Below, piece by piece: positions 8,780 through 18,609 of a DNA stretch of 64,000 bases. The stretch comes from Steroidobacteraceae bacterium (GTDB lineage: Bacteria; Pseudomonadota; Gammaproteobacteria; Steroidobacterales; Steroidobacteraceae). Location: contig JBKQOZ010000063.1 of the NCBI GenBank assembly GCA_052326345.1, positions 153,507-217,506 on the forward strand, given 5' to 3'. How positions within the stretch are numbered: the stretch's first letter is position 1; each line of letters opens with the position of its first letter. The notes below the pieces were generated by a model. That model searched no databases, was not told the origin of the DNA, and saw nothing but the letters and a program-made list of their open reading frames with translations. The translations under genes were made by a program, and so were the position numbers.

Positions 8780-9786
8780 AGCACCACTTTGCCGAAATGC
8801 GCCCCGCTCTCGAGATAGCGGTACGCTGCGGCGGCCTCGTCGAAGCGAAAGATCCGGTCGACGATCGGCTCGAGCCGATTGACGGCGATCGCCGCATTCA
8901 TGCGCTCGAAATGGCCTCGTGAGCCGACGAAAATGCCGTGAATGCTCGCTTGCCTGCCGAGCAGTCCATAGGGGCTGCCGGGGGCGCCGACGCCCGTCAA
9001 TACGCCGATCAATGCGATGCGCCCGCCGACCGCCACGGAGGCAATCGATCGGCTCAAGGTACCCGACCCGCCGACTTCCAACACGTGATCCACGCCGCGC
9101 CCATCGGTGAGCTTCATGACCTCGCGCTCCCAGTCCGGGCTCGTCCGATAGTTGATGCAGCCGTCCGCCCCGAGGCTACGCGCACGCTCGAGCTTCCCAT
9201 CGCTCGACGAAGTGATCAGCACGCGCGCACCGGCGAGGCGGGCGAACTGCAGCGCAAAGATCGATACGCCGCCGGTGCCGATCAGCAGTACGGTCTCGCC
9301 CGGTGCAACGCGGCCCAGCTCGACGAGCGCCCGCCACGCCGTCACGGCCGCACAAGGCAGCGCTGCCGCGGCTTCAACCGACAGATGAGCGGGTACGGCC
9401 ACCGCGTCTTGCTCGTCGAACACGGCGTATTCGGCGAGGACTCCGTCGGCGGGCGGTGCGCCGAGCGCGACGAGAGGCCCCTGCGGCGGAGCACCGTCGA
9501 TCCAGTTGCGGAAGAATGTGCCGGCGACGCGATCGCCGACGCGAAAGCGCTTTACTGCGGGCCCTGCGGCAATGACCTCGCCCGCGCCGTCGGACAGCGG
9601 AATGACATTGCTGCCGACGGGGCCGCCCATGTAATGACCGCGTGCGATCATGAGGTCGCGGTAGTTGAGCGAAACGGCCTGGATCCGCACCAGAATCTGC
9701 GCCGTCCCGGGCTTGGGATCCGGGCGTTCGCAGCGGCGCAATGCGTCGATGGAGCTGCTGCCGGCGGTGAGTTCATAGGCGCGCAT
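8770..9786 (-). CDS. NADPH:quinone oxidoreductase-like MDR family dehydrogenase
   Basis: Start is MRAYEL. It has the zeta-crystallin-type segment LVRIQAVSLNYRDL and the Rossmann motif LLIGTGGVSIFALQ. A GGAGGG Shine-Dalgarno precedes ATG 9786. Confidence 0.8.
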   Translation of the reverse strand: MRAYELTAGSSSIDALRRCERPDPKPGTAQILVRIQAVSLNYRDLMIARGHYMGGPVGSNVIPLSDGAGEVIAAGPAVKRFRVGDRVAGTFFRNWIDGAPPQGPLVALGAPPADGVLAEYAVFDEQDAVAVPAHLSVEAAAALPCAAVTAWRALVELGRVAPGETVLLIGTGGVSIFALQFARLAGARVLITSSSDGKLERARSLGADGCINYRTSPDWEREVMKLTDGRGVDHVLEVGGSGTLSRSIASVAVGGRIALIGVLTGVGAPGSPYGLLGRQASIHGIFVGSRGHFERMNAAIAVNRLEPIVDRIFRFDEAAAAYRYLESGAHFGKVVLCI

Positions 9787-10015
9787 GGCATATCCCTCCG
9801 AATTCGACCTTTGATTACATCGCAAGATTGGCTGAAACGATCGACTCTGACCGCAACCCGAGTGCACTCGCAGTGAACCGATGTCAAAATCCCGCCCCAT
9901 GCACCGCGAGCGCGCCGAGCGCATTAGGCGAAAGCCTGTTCACTCCCGGCTGATCGCATTAAAGTCAAACGGGCACCCTAACGGGTCGAGCGGCTTCAGC
10001 CGGGGGAAGCGGTAC

Positions 10016-11671
10016 GTGTCGAGCGCCTCAGTGGGAAAATTCGATTATGTGATCGTCGGCGCGGGCTCGGCGGGTTGCGTGCTCGCCAACCGCCTCAGCG
10101 AGGATCCGGATGTGAAGGTTCTCGTTCTGGAGGCCGGCGGGGCGGCGACCGGGCTCTTCAAAGACATGCCCGTCGCGTTCCCCAAGTACGTGGTGCGCCG
10201 CGACCTGAATTGGAATTTCGAGAGTGATCCCGAACCGTATCTGAACGGCCGGCGCATCGAGATTCCGCGCGGCAAGGGCCTGGGTGGATCGTCCATGATC
10301 AACGGCATGGTCTACGCGCGGGGCCACCGCCACGACTACGACGATTGGGCGAAGCTCGGCCTCGCCGGCTGGGGCTACGCTGATGTACTGCCGTACTTTC
10401 GCAAATCCGAAAAAAGCTGGCTGGGGGAGAGCGACTATCACGGCGGCTCCGGCGAGCTGGAGATCTGCGTGCCGGCATCGAACATGCTGTACGAGGAAAT
10501 TCGCGCGGCGAGCGTTGCCGCGGGATTTCCCGCTACCGAGGACTATCACGGCGCGCAGTCGGAGGGATTTCAGCGCAACGAGATGACCGTGACGCGCGGG
10601 CGGCGCGGCAGCACCGCCCGGGTATTTCTCGAGCCCGCCATGCGCCGACCGAATCTCACCGTCGAAACCCATGCGCTGGCGAGCCGGGTCCGGTTCGAGG
10701 GCAGGCGCGCCGTCGGGGTCGACTATGTGCAGCGGGGCGCAGGTCGGGCGGCGGAGGCCGCGCGCGAGGTGATTCTCGCGGGCGGCGTATACGGCTCGGC
10801 ACAGCTGCTGCTGCTTTCCGGCATCGGACCCGCGGAGCAGTTGAACAAACACGGCATCAATACGCTCGTCGATCTGCCGGGGGTCGGCAAGAACCTGATC
10901 GAGCATCCATTCATGTTCGTCGGCTGGCGGATGCGGCCGGGCGCCTTTCGCAGTGAGTTGCGCATCGATCGGGCGACCGCCTGGGTGCTGCGCTGGGCGC
11001 TGCTCGGCACCGGCGTATTCGCGACCAACGGCGCGGCGGGCAATCTATTCATCCGAACCGAAGCGAGCCTCGACCGCCCCGACATGCAGTTCACCTGCAT
11101 GTCGGGCGAGGTAAGCGCGCGCGAGCTGTGGGTCCCGTTCATCGGCAAGAAGCCGACGCATTCGCTCGCAGTGGGTGTGTCCATGATCAGACAGGACAGC
11201 CGCGGCGAAGTGACCTTGCGCTCCGCCGACGCGAATGATCCGCCGCGCATCGTATTCAACTTGTTCAAGGAGCGCTCGGACGTCGAGCGGGCGATTCGCG
11301 GATTGAAGGCGATCCGCCGCGTGTATCAGCACGAACCGTTGAAGAATTTCACCGCGGGTGAAATTCTGCCCGGCGCTTCGGTCCGGACGGACGCCGAACT
11401 GGAGAAATTCGTGCGCGATACCGGAGCAATCACCCAGCATGCGGTCGGCACGTGCAAGATGGGAATCGATGCCGATGCCACGGCGGTGGTGGATGCGGCG
11501 CTGCGCGTGCGCGGCACCGAGTCCCTGCGGGTCATCGACGCCTCGGTCATGCCCAACGTGCCGGGCGGCAACACCAATGCGCCCGCCATCATGATCGCGG
11601 AGAAGGGCGCGGACTTGCTGCGCGGGCGATCCTTGCCGCGCGCCGACAATCGACCGGAGTACGCCTCATGA
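10016..11671 (+). CDS. GMC family FAD oxidoreductase (choline/alcohol dehydrogenase-like)
   Basis: It has FDYVIVGAGSAGCVLANRLSED, GKGLGGSSMINGMVY and the C-terminal motif HAVGTCKMG...VIDASVMP...GNTNAP. The start is uncertain (GTG 10016, GTG 10031 or ATG 9881). Confidence 0.85.
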   Translation: MSSASVGKFDYVIVGAGSAGCVLANRLSEDPDVKVLVLEAGGAATGLFKDMPVAFPKYVVRRDLNWNFESDPEPYLNGRRIEIPRGKGLGGSSMINGMVYARGHRHDYDDWAKLGLAGWGYADVLPYFRKSEKSWLGESDYHGGSGELEICVPASNMLYEEIRAASVAAGFPATEDYHGAQSEGFQRNEMTVTRGRRGSTARVFLEPAMRRPNLTVETHALASRVRFEGRRAVGVDYVQRGAGRAAEAAREVILAGGVYGSAQLLLLSGIGPAEQLNKHGINTLVDLPGVGKNLIEHPFMFVGWRMRPGAFRSELRIDRATAWVLRWALLGTGVFATNGAAGNLFIRTEASLDRPDMQFTCMSGEVSARELWVPFIGKKPTHSLAVGVSMIRQDSRGEVTLRSADANDPPRIVFNLFKERSDVERAIRGLKAIRRVYQHEPLKNFTAGEILPGASVRTDAELEKFVRDTGAITQHAVGTCKMGIDADATAVVDAALRVRGTESLRVIDASVMPNVPGGNTNAPAIMIAEKGADLLRGRSLPRADNRPEYAS

Positions 11672-12555
11672 AGGATTTGAGCGGCAAAGTGGCCTTCGTC
11701 ACCGGCGGCAGCAGCGGCATCGGGCTCGGCATCGTCAAGGTACTCGCCGAGGAGGGGATGAAGGTGGCGTTCAGCTATCGCCGTGAGGATCATCTGGAGC
11801 AGGCCATGGCGTATTTTCGCGCCCGCCCGCGGCTCCTGATCCATCCGATCAAGCTCGACGTCACCGACCGCGCCGGCCTCGCCGCCGCAAAGCGGGAAAT
11901 CGAGCGCGTGTACGGCGCGGTGCAGTTGCTCGTCAATAATGCCGGGTTCGGCATTCAGGGGCCCATGGAACTGGCTACGTACAGCGACTGGGATTGGATC
12001 ATGAGCGTCAACGTGGGCGGCGTGGTCAACGCGCTGGTCACCTTTTTGCCCGATATGCTTGCGCGCGGGCAGCAGGCCCACATCGTCAATGTGGCTTCGA
12101 TGGGCGGCATCGCCGCACTCGGATCGGTCGGGCTGTATACCACCACCAAGTTTGCAGTGGTGGGCCTGAGTGAGTCGCTGCGCACGGACATGATCGGCCG
12201 CAACGTCGGGGTGTCGGTCTATTGCCCGGGCACGGTCAAATCGAACATCGGCGAGGGCGGGGCGCTGCGCCCGGAGCAATTCAAGGACAGCGGCTACGCG
12301 CCGCCCGAACCGCCGCCTCCGGGGGTAGGCTCCTTCATGGATCAGGCGATGGAAGCGGTGCAGGCGGGGCGCTATGTGCTCGAGGGCATCAAGCGCAACC
12401 AGCTGTACATTCTCAGCCACCCCGAATTTCGCGATGTACTGCGCGCGCGCCACGCGAAAATCGAGTCCTCGATTCCCGACGAGCCCATTGACAAGGCGCG
12501 GGCCGAATCGGTTCGTTTCATCCTCTCCAATCCCATCTACAGCGAGGATGCCTGA
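11668..12555 (+). CDS. SDR with C-terminal extension, LigD/LigL/LigN (C-alpha dehydrogenase)-like
   Basis: ATG 11668 overlaps the GMC stop. Motifs include KVAFVTGGSSGIGLG, NNAG, YTTTKFAVVGL and GVSVYCPGTVKSNI. It is a paralog of the SDR at 42480-43376. Confidence 0.8.
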   Translation: MKDLSGKVAFVTGGSSGIGLGIVKVLAEEGMKVAFSYRREDHLEQAMAYFRARPRLLIHPIKLDVTDRAGLAAAKREIERVYGAVQLLVNNAGFGIQGPMELATYSDWDWIMSVNVGGVVNALVTFLPDMLARGQQAHIVNVASMGGIAALGSVGLYTTTKFAVVGLSESLRTDMIGRNVGVSVYCPGTVKSNIGEGGALRPEQFKDSGYAPPEPPPPGVGSFMDQAMEAVQAGRYVLEGIKRNQLYILSHPEFRDVLRARHAKIESSIPDEPIDKARAESVRFILSNPIYSEDA

Positions 12556-12605
12556 CGCCCGTTCCAGCGCAGCGGCAAGCGAGTCAGACCGCGCGGGTCG
12601 AGTCC

Positions 12606-13751
12606 GTGAATGCAGGTTGCCATCAATACCTGTTCGCATTATGCACCCGAGGCAATCCCCGATTCGCCGGCGCAAGTCGGGTAGACTCCTCGAGGCGTCC
12701 GAAAGCGAGGGTATCGGTCCTGCTGAGTTATCCACTCGAAGTTGAACCACAAGTCGGCGACGGCTCTGCGATCCTTATCGCACCGGGGGTCATGTGGCTG
12801 CGCATGCCGCTGTTCACCGCGCTGCCGTGGATCAATGTGTGGGCCATCGCCGAGCAGGACGGTTGGTCGATTGTGGACACGGGACTGCATTCTGCGAAGA
12901 CGATGGAGGCTTGGGACGCGGCGTTTGCCGGGCCGCTGCGAGGCGCCCCGGCGTTACGGGTGATAGTCACCCACATGCACCCCGATCATTGTGGTTTGGC
13001 CGGATGGCTGGCGGAGCGCTTCCAGATCAGACTCTGGATGACGCGCTTGGAATACCTTACCTGCCGGCTGATGGCGGCGGATACCGGCCGGGAGGCGCCG
13101 GCCGACGGCATCGAGTTCTACCGCGCGGCCGGCTGGGACAGTTCGGCAATTGAACATTATCGAGCGAAATTCGGCTCATTTGGCGAGCTGATTTTCCTTC
13201 TGCCCGCCTCCTATCGGCGCATCGAGGACGGCGATACGCTGACCATGGGCGCTCACGACTGGTCCGTGATCGTCGGCAACGGCCATTCTCCAGAGCATGC
13301 GTGTCTTTATTGTCCGGACTTGAAAATCTTGATTTCCGGCGACCAGGTGCTGCCGCGAATTTCCTCGAATGTGTCTGTGTACCCCCTGGAACCGGATGCC
13401 AATCCGCTGGCCGAGTGGCTGAGTTCGCTGACGAAGCTCAAAGCGCGCATTCCGAACGACGTGCTGGTGCTGCCGGCGCACAATAGCCCATTTCGCGGAC
13501 TGCACGAGCGCATCAGCGAGCTGACCGAATCGCATCAGCGCGGGCTCGAGCGTCTGGAAGGTCTGCTGACCGAGCCCAGGCGTGCCGTGGATGTGTTCGA
13601 AGCGCTGTTTTCCCGTCCGATCAGCAGCGGTCTGCTGGGAATGGCAACCGGCGAAGCAATAGCCCATCTGAACTATCTGACGCGAATGGGGCGCGCCGTG
13701 CGCGAAAGGGACGATCGCGGCGTGTGGTGGTGGCGCGGATCGGCCGGCTGA
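12606..13751 (+). CDS. MBL-fold metallo-hydrolase
   Basis: It carries the THMHPDHCG (HxHxDH) motif with downstream His/Asp ligands. The start is uncertain (GTG 12606 or ATG 12792). Confidence 0.7.
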   Translation: MNAGCHQYLFALCTRGNPRFAGASRVDSSRRPKARVSVLLSYPLEVEPQVGDGSAILIAPGVMWLRMPLFTALPWINVWAIAEQDGWSIVDTGLHSAKTMEAWDAAFAGPLRGAPALRVIVTHMHPDHCGLAGWLAERFQIRLWMTRLEYLTCRLMAADTGREAPADGIEFYRAAGWDSSAIEHYRAKFGSFGELIFLLPASYRRIEDGDTLTMGAHDWSVIVGNGHSPEHACLYCPDLKILISGDQVLPRISSNVSVYPLEPDANPLAEWLSSLTKLKARIPNDVLVLPAHNSPFRGLHERISELTESHQRGLERLEGLLTEPRRAVDVFEALFSRPISSGLLGMATGEAIAHLNYLTRMGRAVRERDDRGVWWWRGSAG

Positions 13752-13768
13752 CCCCCGGCTCCCCGCCG

Positions 13769-14092
13769 CTACTCGACGATCTCGTCGATCTGGATCTGCG
13801 GCATCGAGTTGGTGAAGTTCGGAACATCCGCGATGAGCGTGGCGGCGTGCTTCGCCGCCGCCTCGTCGAAGGCACGCTGCGAGCCGATCCAGATGTTGAT
13901 GACGGCCACGTACGGCACCGGCTCGCCGTCCGGGGTCGCGGCGCCGCGGCGCAGCTCGAGCCTGGCGATGCCCTCGCCGTAGAGCCGCTTGATGAGAGCG
14001 GCGTGGTGCTCGCGATAGTAGTCGAAGTCGAATGTCACGCCGGGCGTGTTGGCATACAGCACGGTGATGCAGCGGCGGGCGGTTGCGGTCAT
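13769..14092 (-). CDS. EthD family (TIGR02118-like) small protein
   Basis: The 107-aa protein reads [27 protein letters not shown]...[19 protein letters not shown], which matches my recollection of the EthD/TIGR02118 consensus. Its ATG overlaps the upstream oxygenase stop (ATGA). Confidence 0.6.
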   Translation of the reverse strand: MTATARRCITVLYANTPGVTFDFDYYREHHAALIKRLYGEGIARLELRRGAATPDGEPVPYVAVINIWIGSQRAFDEAAAKHAATLIADVPNFTNSMPQIQIDEIVE

Positions 14093-15552
14093 GGTGTTTC
14101 CTTGAGGCGGCTCGCGTCCGCCCAGTTGCCGTGCAGGGCGGAGCGCAGACGGAACGGCAGTTTGGCCCTGGCGAGCGGGCCCTCGGCAATGCGCCTGGCA
14201 TCGAAGATGCCGAGGTCGGAGTAGTTCGTCACCACGTTGTCGAGCACGGCGAGGAGGTAGCCGTCGCCTTCCGCCGCGCCCGGCGTGCGCGGCACGAAAC
14301 AGGGCTCCTGAACGATGGTCTGCGATCCGGCCCACCAGGTCGTCTGTTCATTCACGGTAAAATCGATGTGTGCGAGCGAATTCATGATCATCCCCGAGGC
14401 GCGGCCCCCCGGGCCGTCGAACGGCTTTTGAACATCGGATACGAGCAGCCAGCCGTGGCGCTGCGGCTGGGTGGCATAACGGTCGTCGATCCTCGGAAAT
14501 TCGCCGAACAGTTCGGTCAGGCGCTGCGACTTTTCAAAGGCGTCGCCCGAGGAGGCCATGTCGACCGTCCAGCGGGTGAGAAAGCTCATCGCCTCGAGCG
14601 GGTTGAACGGCGCACCGCGCACGTCGGGAAAAAAGGGAAACATATTGTTCTTTGCGACGGGCGTGTCGAAATAAACGCGGGTGCCGTCGTTGAAGGCGTT
14701 CATGACGTGGCTGGCGAACAAAGTCGGCGACTTGAACCAGCGCATGGCGCGCGCATCGCCGTGGCGCGGCAGCACGCCGAGATAGACCGGCAGCGAGGTG
14801 TCGAACCCGAAGTGCGGCAATCCCGCCTTCAGGCGCTCCCAGGAGCTCACGATCGGTACGACGTGAAACACGGCGTAGTCCTGGGTGAGGCCGAAATCGT
14901 GCATCATGCAGTAGTACGGCGCTTCGAACCACGTCTCCAGGAGCAGCTCTCCTGTGGGGCTGATCTCCATGTAGTGGCAGTCGCGCGTCAACAAGCCCTT
15001 GGCCGCATAGCCGAACGCGCACATATTGCCGGTGAGCGGATCGATCTTCGGATGGGCGCAGAAGGTCTGCCCGTGCATCTTGCCGCCGAAGTCGGTATAG
15101 CCCTCGGTATCGAGCGTCAGAGGGTCCATGAGCAGGGCGGGACTGTCCTCCTTGAGGGCGAACAATTTTCCCGCGTGCACGAGGACATTGGTGTTGGCGG
15201 TGCCGCGAATCTTGCCGCGCACGGATTCCTCGTCGGTGAGCGGATTGCGATATGCGCCGAACAGTGAGCGCTCGGCGCGGCGCTCCAGCTTCCACTTGTC
15301 GGTCTGCGCGTAGCGCTGCCGGAAGTCGATCTTGCCGCCGCGGAAGTGAAACAGGGCGATCATTCCGTCGCCGTTGAAAAACTGATCGTTCTCGAACAGC
15401 GGCGGGAACTGCGCATCCGGATGCACCCGGTGATAAGTCCCATTGAGCTGCGCGGGCAATTCGCCCTCGATCTCGACATCGTGAATGTCGCCCTCGAAGC
15501 GCACCGGGCGCAAGGTGCCGGTGAAGCCGCGTGTGTTAGGAAAGTGGGCCAT
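14089..15552 (-). CDS. Carotenoid-cleavage-oxygenase family enzyme, lignostilbene-alpha,beta-dioxygenase-like
   Basis: The 487-aa protein starts [39 protein letters not shown] and contains [25 protein letters not shown] and conserved His positions typical of RPE65/LSD enzymes. Confidence 0.85.
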   Translation of the reverse strand: MAHFPNTRGFTGTLRPVRFEGDIHDVEIEGELPAQLNGTYHRVHPDAQFPPLFENDQFFNGDGMIALFHFRGGKIDFRQRYAQTDKWKLERRAERSLFGAYRNPLTDEESVRGKIRGTANTNVLVHAGKLFALKEDSPALLMDPLTLDTEGYTDFGGKMHGQTFCAHPKIDPLTGNMCAFGYAAKGLLTRDCHYMEISPTGELLLETWFEAPYYCMMHDFGLTQDYAVFHVVPIVSSWERLKAGLPHFGFDTSLPVYLGVLPRHGDARAMRWFKSPTLFASHVMNAFNDGTRVYFDTPVAKNNMFPFFPDVRGAPFNPLEAMSFLTRWTVDMASSGDAFEKSQRLTELFGEFPRIDDRYATQPQRHGWLLVSDVQKPFDGPGGRASGMIMNSLAHIDFTVNEQTTWWAGSQTIVQEPCFVPRTPGAAEGDGYLLAVLDNVVTNYSDLGIFDARRIAEGPLARAKLPFRLRSALHGNWADASRLKETP

Positions 15553-15623
15553 GAGAGCGCATCATCCGCGAGCCATCCACCGAGTCTGTATCGAGCGAGA
15601 GCAGCTTTTCGCCGCTCAGCGAA

Positions 15624-16601
15624 CTAGCCGTGCACATCGTGGCGGCAGCCGCCGCCGCAGCCGGCATCGCGGGGATCCTGCCGGCTCTGCGTGAGCCGAA
15701 CCACGAGCTCGCGCAGCCACGCGTGAGCCGGATCCGATTCGTTGCGCTTATGCCACAGCAGGATTTCGTGCATCGTGGGGGTCTCGACCGGCAACGGAAA
15801 GGTCTTGATCGGCATCGTCGCGCTGACCATATGCGCCACCCGCTCGGGCAGCGTGGCGATCATCCGGGTGCCGCGCAGCACCAGCGGCAGATGCAGCAGA
15901 CTCGGCACCGTGATGTGTACCTGCAGGTCGATGTCCAGCAAGCGGCGAACCAGTTCCTGGGCGGATGCCGTATAGCCATTGGGCCGTCCGAACACATGCG
16001 GAAGCGAAAAATACTGCTCGGCGGTGATGTTGTCGCCGACGGTGGGATGGTCGCGGTCGACGGCGCAGATCCAGCGTACCGGTCGCAGCCGCACGCTGCG
16101 CAGGGTGTCGGGAAAGGCGCGCGCCTCGAACAGCCGCAGGCTGTCGAGACACAGGCACAGGTCGACATCGCCGTATTCGAGCCGGCTCAGCGCCGTCTGC
16201 GTCACCAGCTCGATGTTGATGCGGATTCCGGGGGCCTCGCTCGAGACGCGCTCCAGCAGTGCCGGCAGCAGGTCGGGCACCGCTTCCTCGGACATGATCA
16301 GGGTGAACTCGCGCTGCGTCGTCGCCGCCGTAAAGGTCGGCTGGGTGCCCAGGGTCGCCTGGATCAGCAGCAGCGCCTCGCGCACCGGCTCGACCAGTGA
16401 TTGGCCGCGCGGCGACAGCTCCATGTCCCGCCCGACTCGGATCAGCAGCGGATCGCCGAAATAGTCCCGCAGCCGGTGCAGCGCTGCGCTCATCGCGGGC
16501 TGAGACACGAAGACCTTCTCGGCGGCACGCGTGATGTTCTTCTCGCGCAGCAGCGTGTCGAGGGCAATCAACAGGTTGAGATCGAAGCGATGAAACTGCA
16601 T
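15624..16601 (-). CDS. LysR family transcriptional regulator (NodD-like)
   Basis: The N-terminal HTH reads MQFHRFDLNLLIALDTLLREKNITRAAEKVFVSQPAMSAALHRLR. It is about 325 aa and is divergent from the operon starting at 16746. Confidence 0.85.
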   Translation of the reverse strand: MQFHRFDLNLLIALDTLLREKNITRAAEKVFVSQPAMSAALHRLRDYFGDPLLIRVGRDMELSPRGQSLVEPVREALLLIQATLGTQPTFTAATTQREFTLIMSEEAVPDLLPALLERVSSEAPGIRINIELVTQTALSRLEYGDVDLCLCLDSLRLFEARAFPDTLRSVRLRPVRWICAVDRDHPTVGDNITAEQYFSLPHVFGRPNGYTASAQELVRRLLDIDLQVHITVPSLLHLPLVLRGTRMIATLPERVAHMVSATMPIKTFPLPVETPTMHEILLWHKRNESDPAHAWLRELVVRLTQSRQDPRDAGCGGGCRHDVHG

Positions 16602-16745
16602 GCACGGCGCCGGAGGTGACAGCCGCCATCTTAGCAGATCAGGGGGGCGACAAATGCGGGCTGTGCCGGCGTGTTGCGCTTTGGGTGGAGCGCGTTTTCC
16701 CGGAGGGTCGAGCGCAATGCGCGCTGCGGCGGCTACAAGGGGGGC

Positions 16746-17495
16746 ATGCTTGAACTCTACCATGCCGAGCCGCTGGCGAATTCGATGAAGTGCCTGCTGT
16801 GTTTGAAGGAGAAGGGACTCGAATTCGTGAGCCATTACGTCGATCTTTTGCGCTTCGAGCAGCACAGCCCGGAATTCCTCAAGCTCAACCCCAATGGACA
16901 GGTTCCCGTGCTGGTGCACGACGGCGCGGTGATCACCGAGTCGACGGTGATCAACGAGTATCTCGAGGATGTGTTCCCGGACGTGCCGCTGCGGCCGAAT
17001 AATCCGGTGGAGCGCGCGCGGATGCGCATCTGGAGCAAGTTCGTGGACGAGTACTTCTGCCCGGCGCTCAGCATGTGGGGCTGGCATTTAATGGTGCGGC
17101 GGGTCGCGAAAAGCCTGGGCGAGAACGAACTCGACAAGGTGCTCGAGCGCATCCCGTTGAAGGAGCAGCGCGACAAGTGGGCCACCATCGCCGGCGAATC
17201 CTTCACCGAGGCGCAGCTGGCCGATTCGAAGCGCAAGCTCTGCGTGTCGATCGAACGCATGGAGAAGATCCTGGCGAATTCCCGATGGCTCGCGGGTTCC
17301 TCGTACTCGCTCGCGGACGTGAACAGCTACTCGATGGTCGCCGGCGTGCCGCGCATGTTTTCCGACATCATGAATCCGGGGGCGACGCCGCTCGCATGCG
17401 CGTGGCTCGACGCCATGAATGCACGGCCGGCCGTCCGGGCGGCGCTCGCGATGCCCAACAAAGTGCCCGAAGCCCTGCGAACCTTCGGCGGCTGA
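16746..17495 (+). CDS. Glutathione S-transferase, LigF-type beta-etherase-like
   Basis: By eye it aligns along its whole length with my recollection of Sphingobium SYK-6 LigF. Shared segments include LELY..EP.ANS.K, FEQHSPEF.K.NP.GQVP.L.HDG.VITESTVI.EYLEDVFP, LRP..P..RA.MR.W.K.VDEYFC and WLAG..YSLAD. Confidence 0.8.
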   Translation: MLELYHAEPLANSMKCLLCLKEKGLEFVSHYVDLLRFEQHSPEFLKLNPNGQVPVLVHDGAVITESTVINEYLEDVFPDVPLRPNNPVERARMRIWSKFVDEYFCPALSMWGWHLMVRRVAKSLGENELDKVLERIPLKEQRDKWATIAGESFTEAQLADSKRKLCVSIERMEKILANSRWLAGSSYSLADVNSYSMVAGVPRMFSDIMNPGATPLACAWLDAMNARPAVRAALAMPNKVPEALRTFGG

Positions 17496-17507
17496 GGAGT
17501 TATATTC

Positions 17508-18605
17508 ATGAAACCGCCGTATCGCGCCGACCAGGTCGGCAGCCTGCTGCGCCCGCGACGCCTGGCGGACGCGCGCGCGCAGTTCAAGCAGGGAGGCCTA
17601 TCCGCCGATGCAGTGCGTCAGATGGAAGACGATTGCATCCGCGCCATCGTCCGGCGGCAGGAGTCGACCGGCCTGCGCTCGATCACCGACGGCGAGCTGC
17701 GCCGCGACTACTGGCACATCGATTTTCTGCGGCAGCTCGACGGCGTGAGCATCGTCGCGATGCCGGGTCAGAGCCGCTTCGGCGGCACCGAAGAGCAGCC
17801 GCCGATGGCCACCGTGACCGGAAACATCGGCTGCACGCAGCCGATCATGGCCGACGCATTCGCCTTCCTCAGACAGGTGACGACACAGACCGCCAAAATG
17901 ACCATTCCCTCGCCCTCCATGCTCTACATGCGCGGCGGGCGCGGCGCGGTGTCGAGTAAGATCTATCCGGAGCTTGCCGAGTTTTGGCATGACGTTGCTC
18001 TCGCCTACCAGCATGCCATCCGCTTTTTGGCGGATCGCGGCTGCACTTACCTGCAACTCGACGACGTCTCGTTCGCATATCTGTGCGATGCGAATTTTCG
18101 CGAGGGCTGCCGCCGCAACGGCGATGATCCGGACACGCTGCCCCGCACCTATGTGGGCGCCATCAATGCGGCGCTGCGCAACCGCCCCGCGGGTATGACG
18201 ATCACGATGCACACCTGCCGCGGCAACTTCAAGAGCTCCTGGGTTGCCGAGGGCGGCTACGAGAGCGTGGCGGAAGCCATGTTTTCGGCCGATGTCGATG
18301 GATTCTTCATGGAATTCGATTCCGCGCGCGCCGGCTCGTTCGAGCCGCTGCGCTATCTGCCCGACGGAAAAAAGGTGGTGCTCGGCCTGGTGACGACGAA
18401 GCAGGGCGCCATCGAAAACGAGGACGAAATCAAGAGGCGCATCGATGCCGCAGCCGGGTTTGTGCCGCTGGACCGCCTGTGTTTGTCGCCGCAATGCGGA
18501 TTCTCGAGCACGCATCACGGCAACGCGGTCTCCGAGGAGGAGCAGTGGCGCAAGCTCGAATTGGTGGTTCGGGTCGCGCGCGACGTCTGGGGCGAGGAGC
18601 GGTAG
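17508..18605 (+). CDS. Cobalamin-independent methionine synthase (MetE) C-terminal-domain family protein
   Basis: The 365-aa protein starts ..YRADQVGSLLRP as in MetE-like (YxjG/YxjH-type) proteins. Probable Zn ligands lie in ..MHTCRGN.. and ..LSPQCGFS... Confidence 0.75.
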   Translation: MKPPYRADQVGSLLRPRRLADARAQFKQGGLSADAVRQMEDDCIRAIVRRQESTGLRSITDGELRRDYWHIDFLRQLDGVSIVAMPGQSRFGGTEEQPPMATVTGNIGCTQPIMADAFAFLRQVTTQTAKMTIPSPSMLYMRGGRGAVSSKIYPELAEFWHDVALAYQHAIRFLADRGCTYLQLDDVSFAYLCDANFREGCRRNGDDPDTLPRTYVGAINAALRNRPAGMTITMHTCRGNFKSSWVAEGGYESVAEAMFSADVDGFFMEFDSARAGSFEPLRYLPDGKKVVLGLVTTKQGAIENEDEIKRRIDAAAGFVPLDRLCLSPQCGFSSTHHGNAVSEEEQWRKLELVVRVARDVWGEER

Positions 18606-18609
18606 GCGC

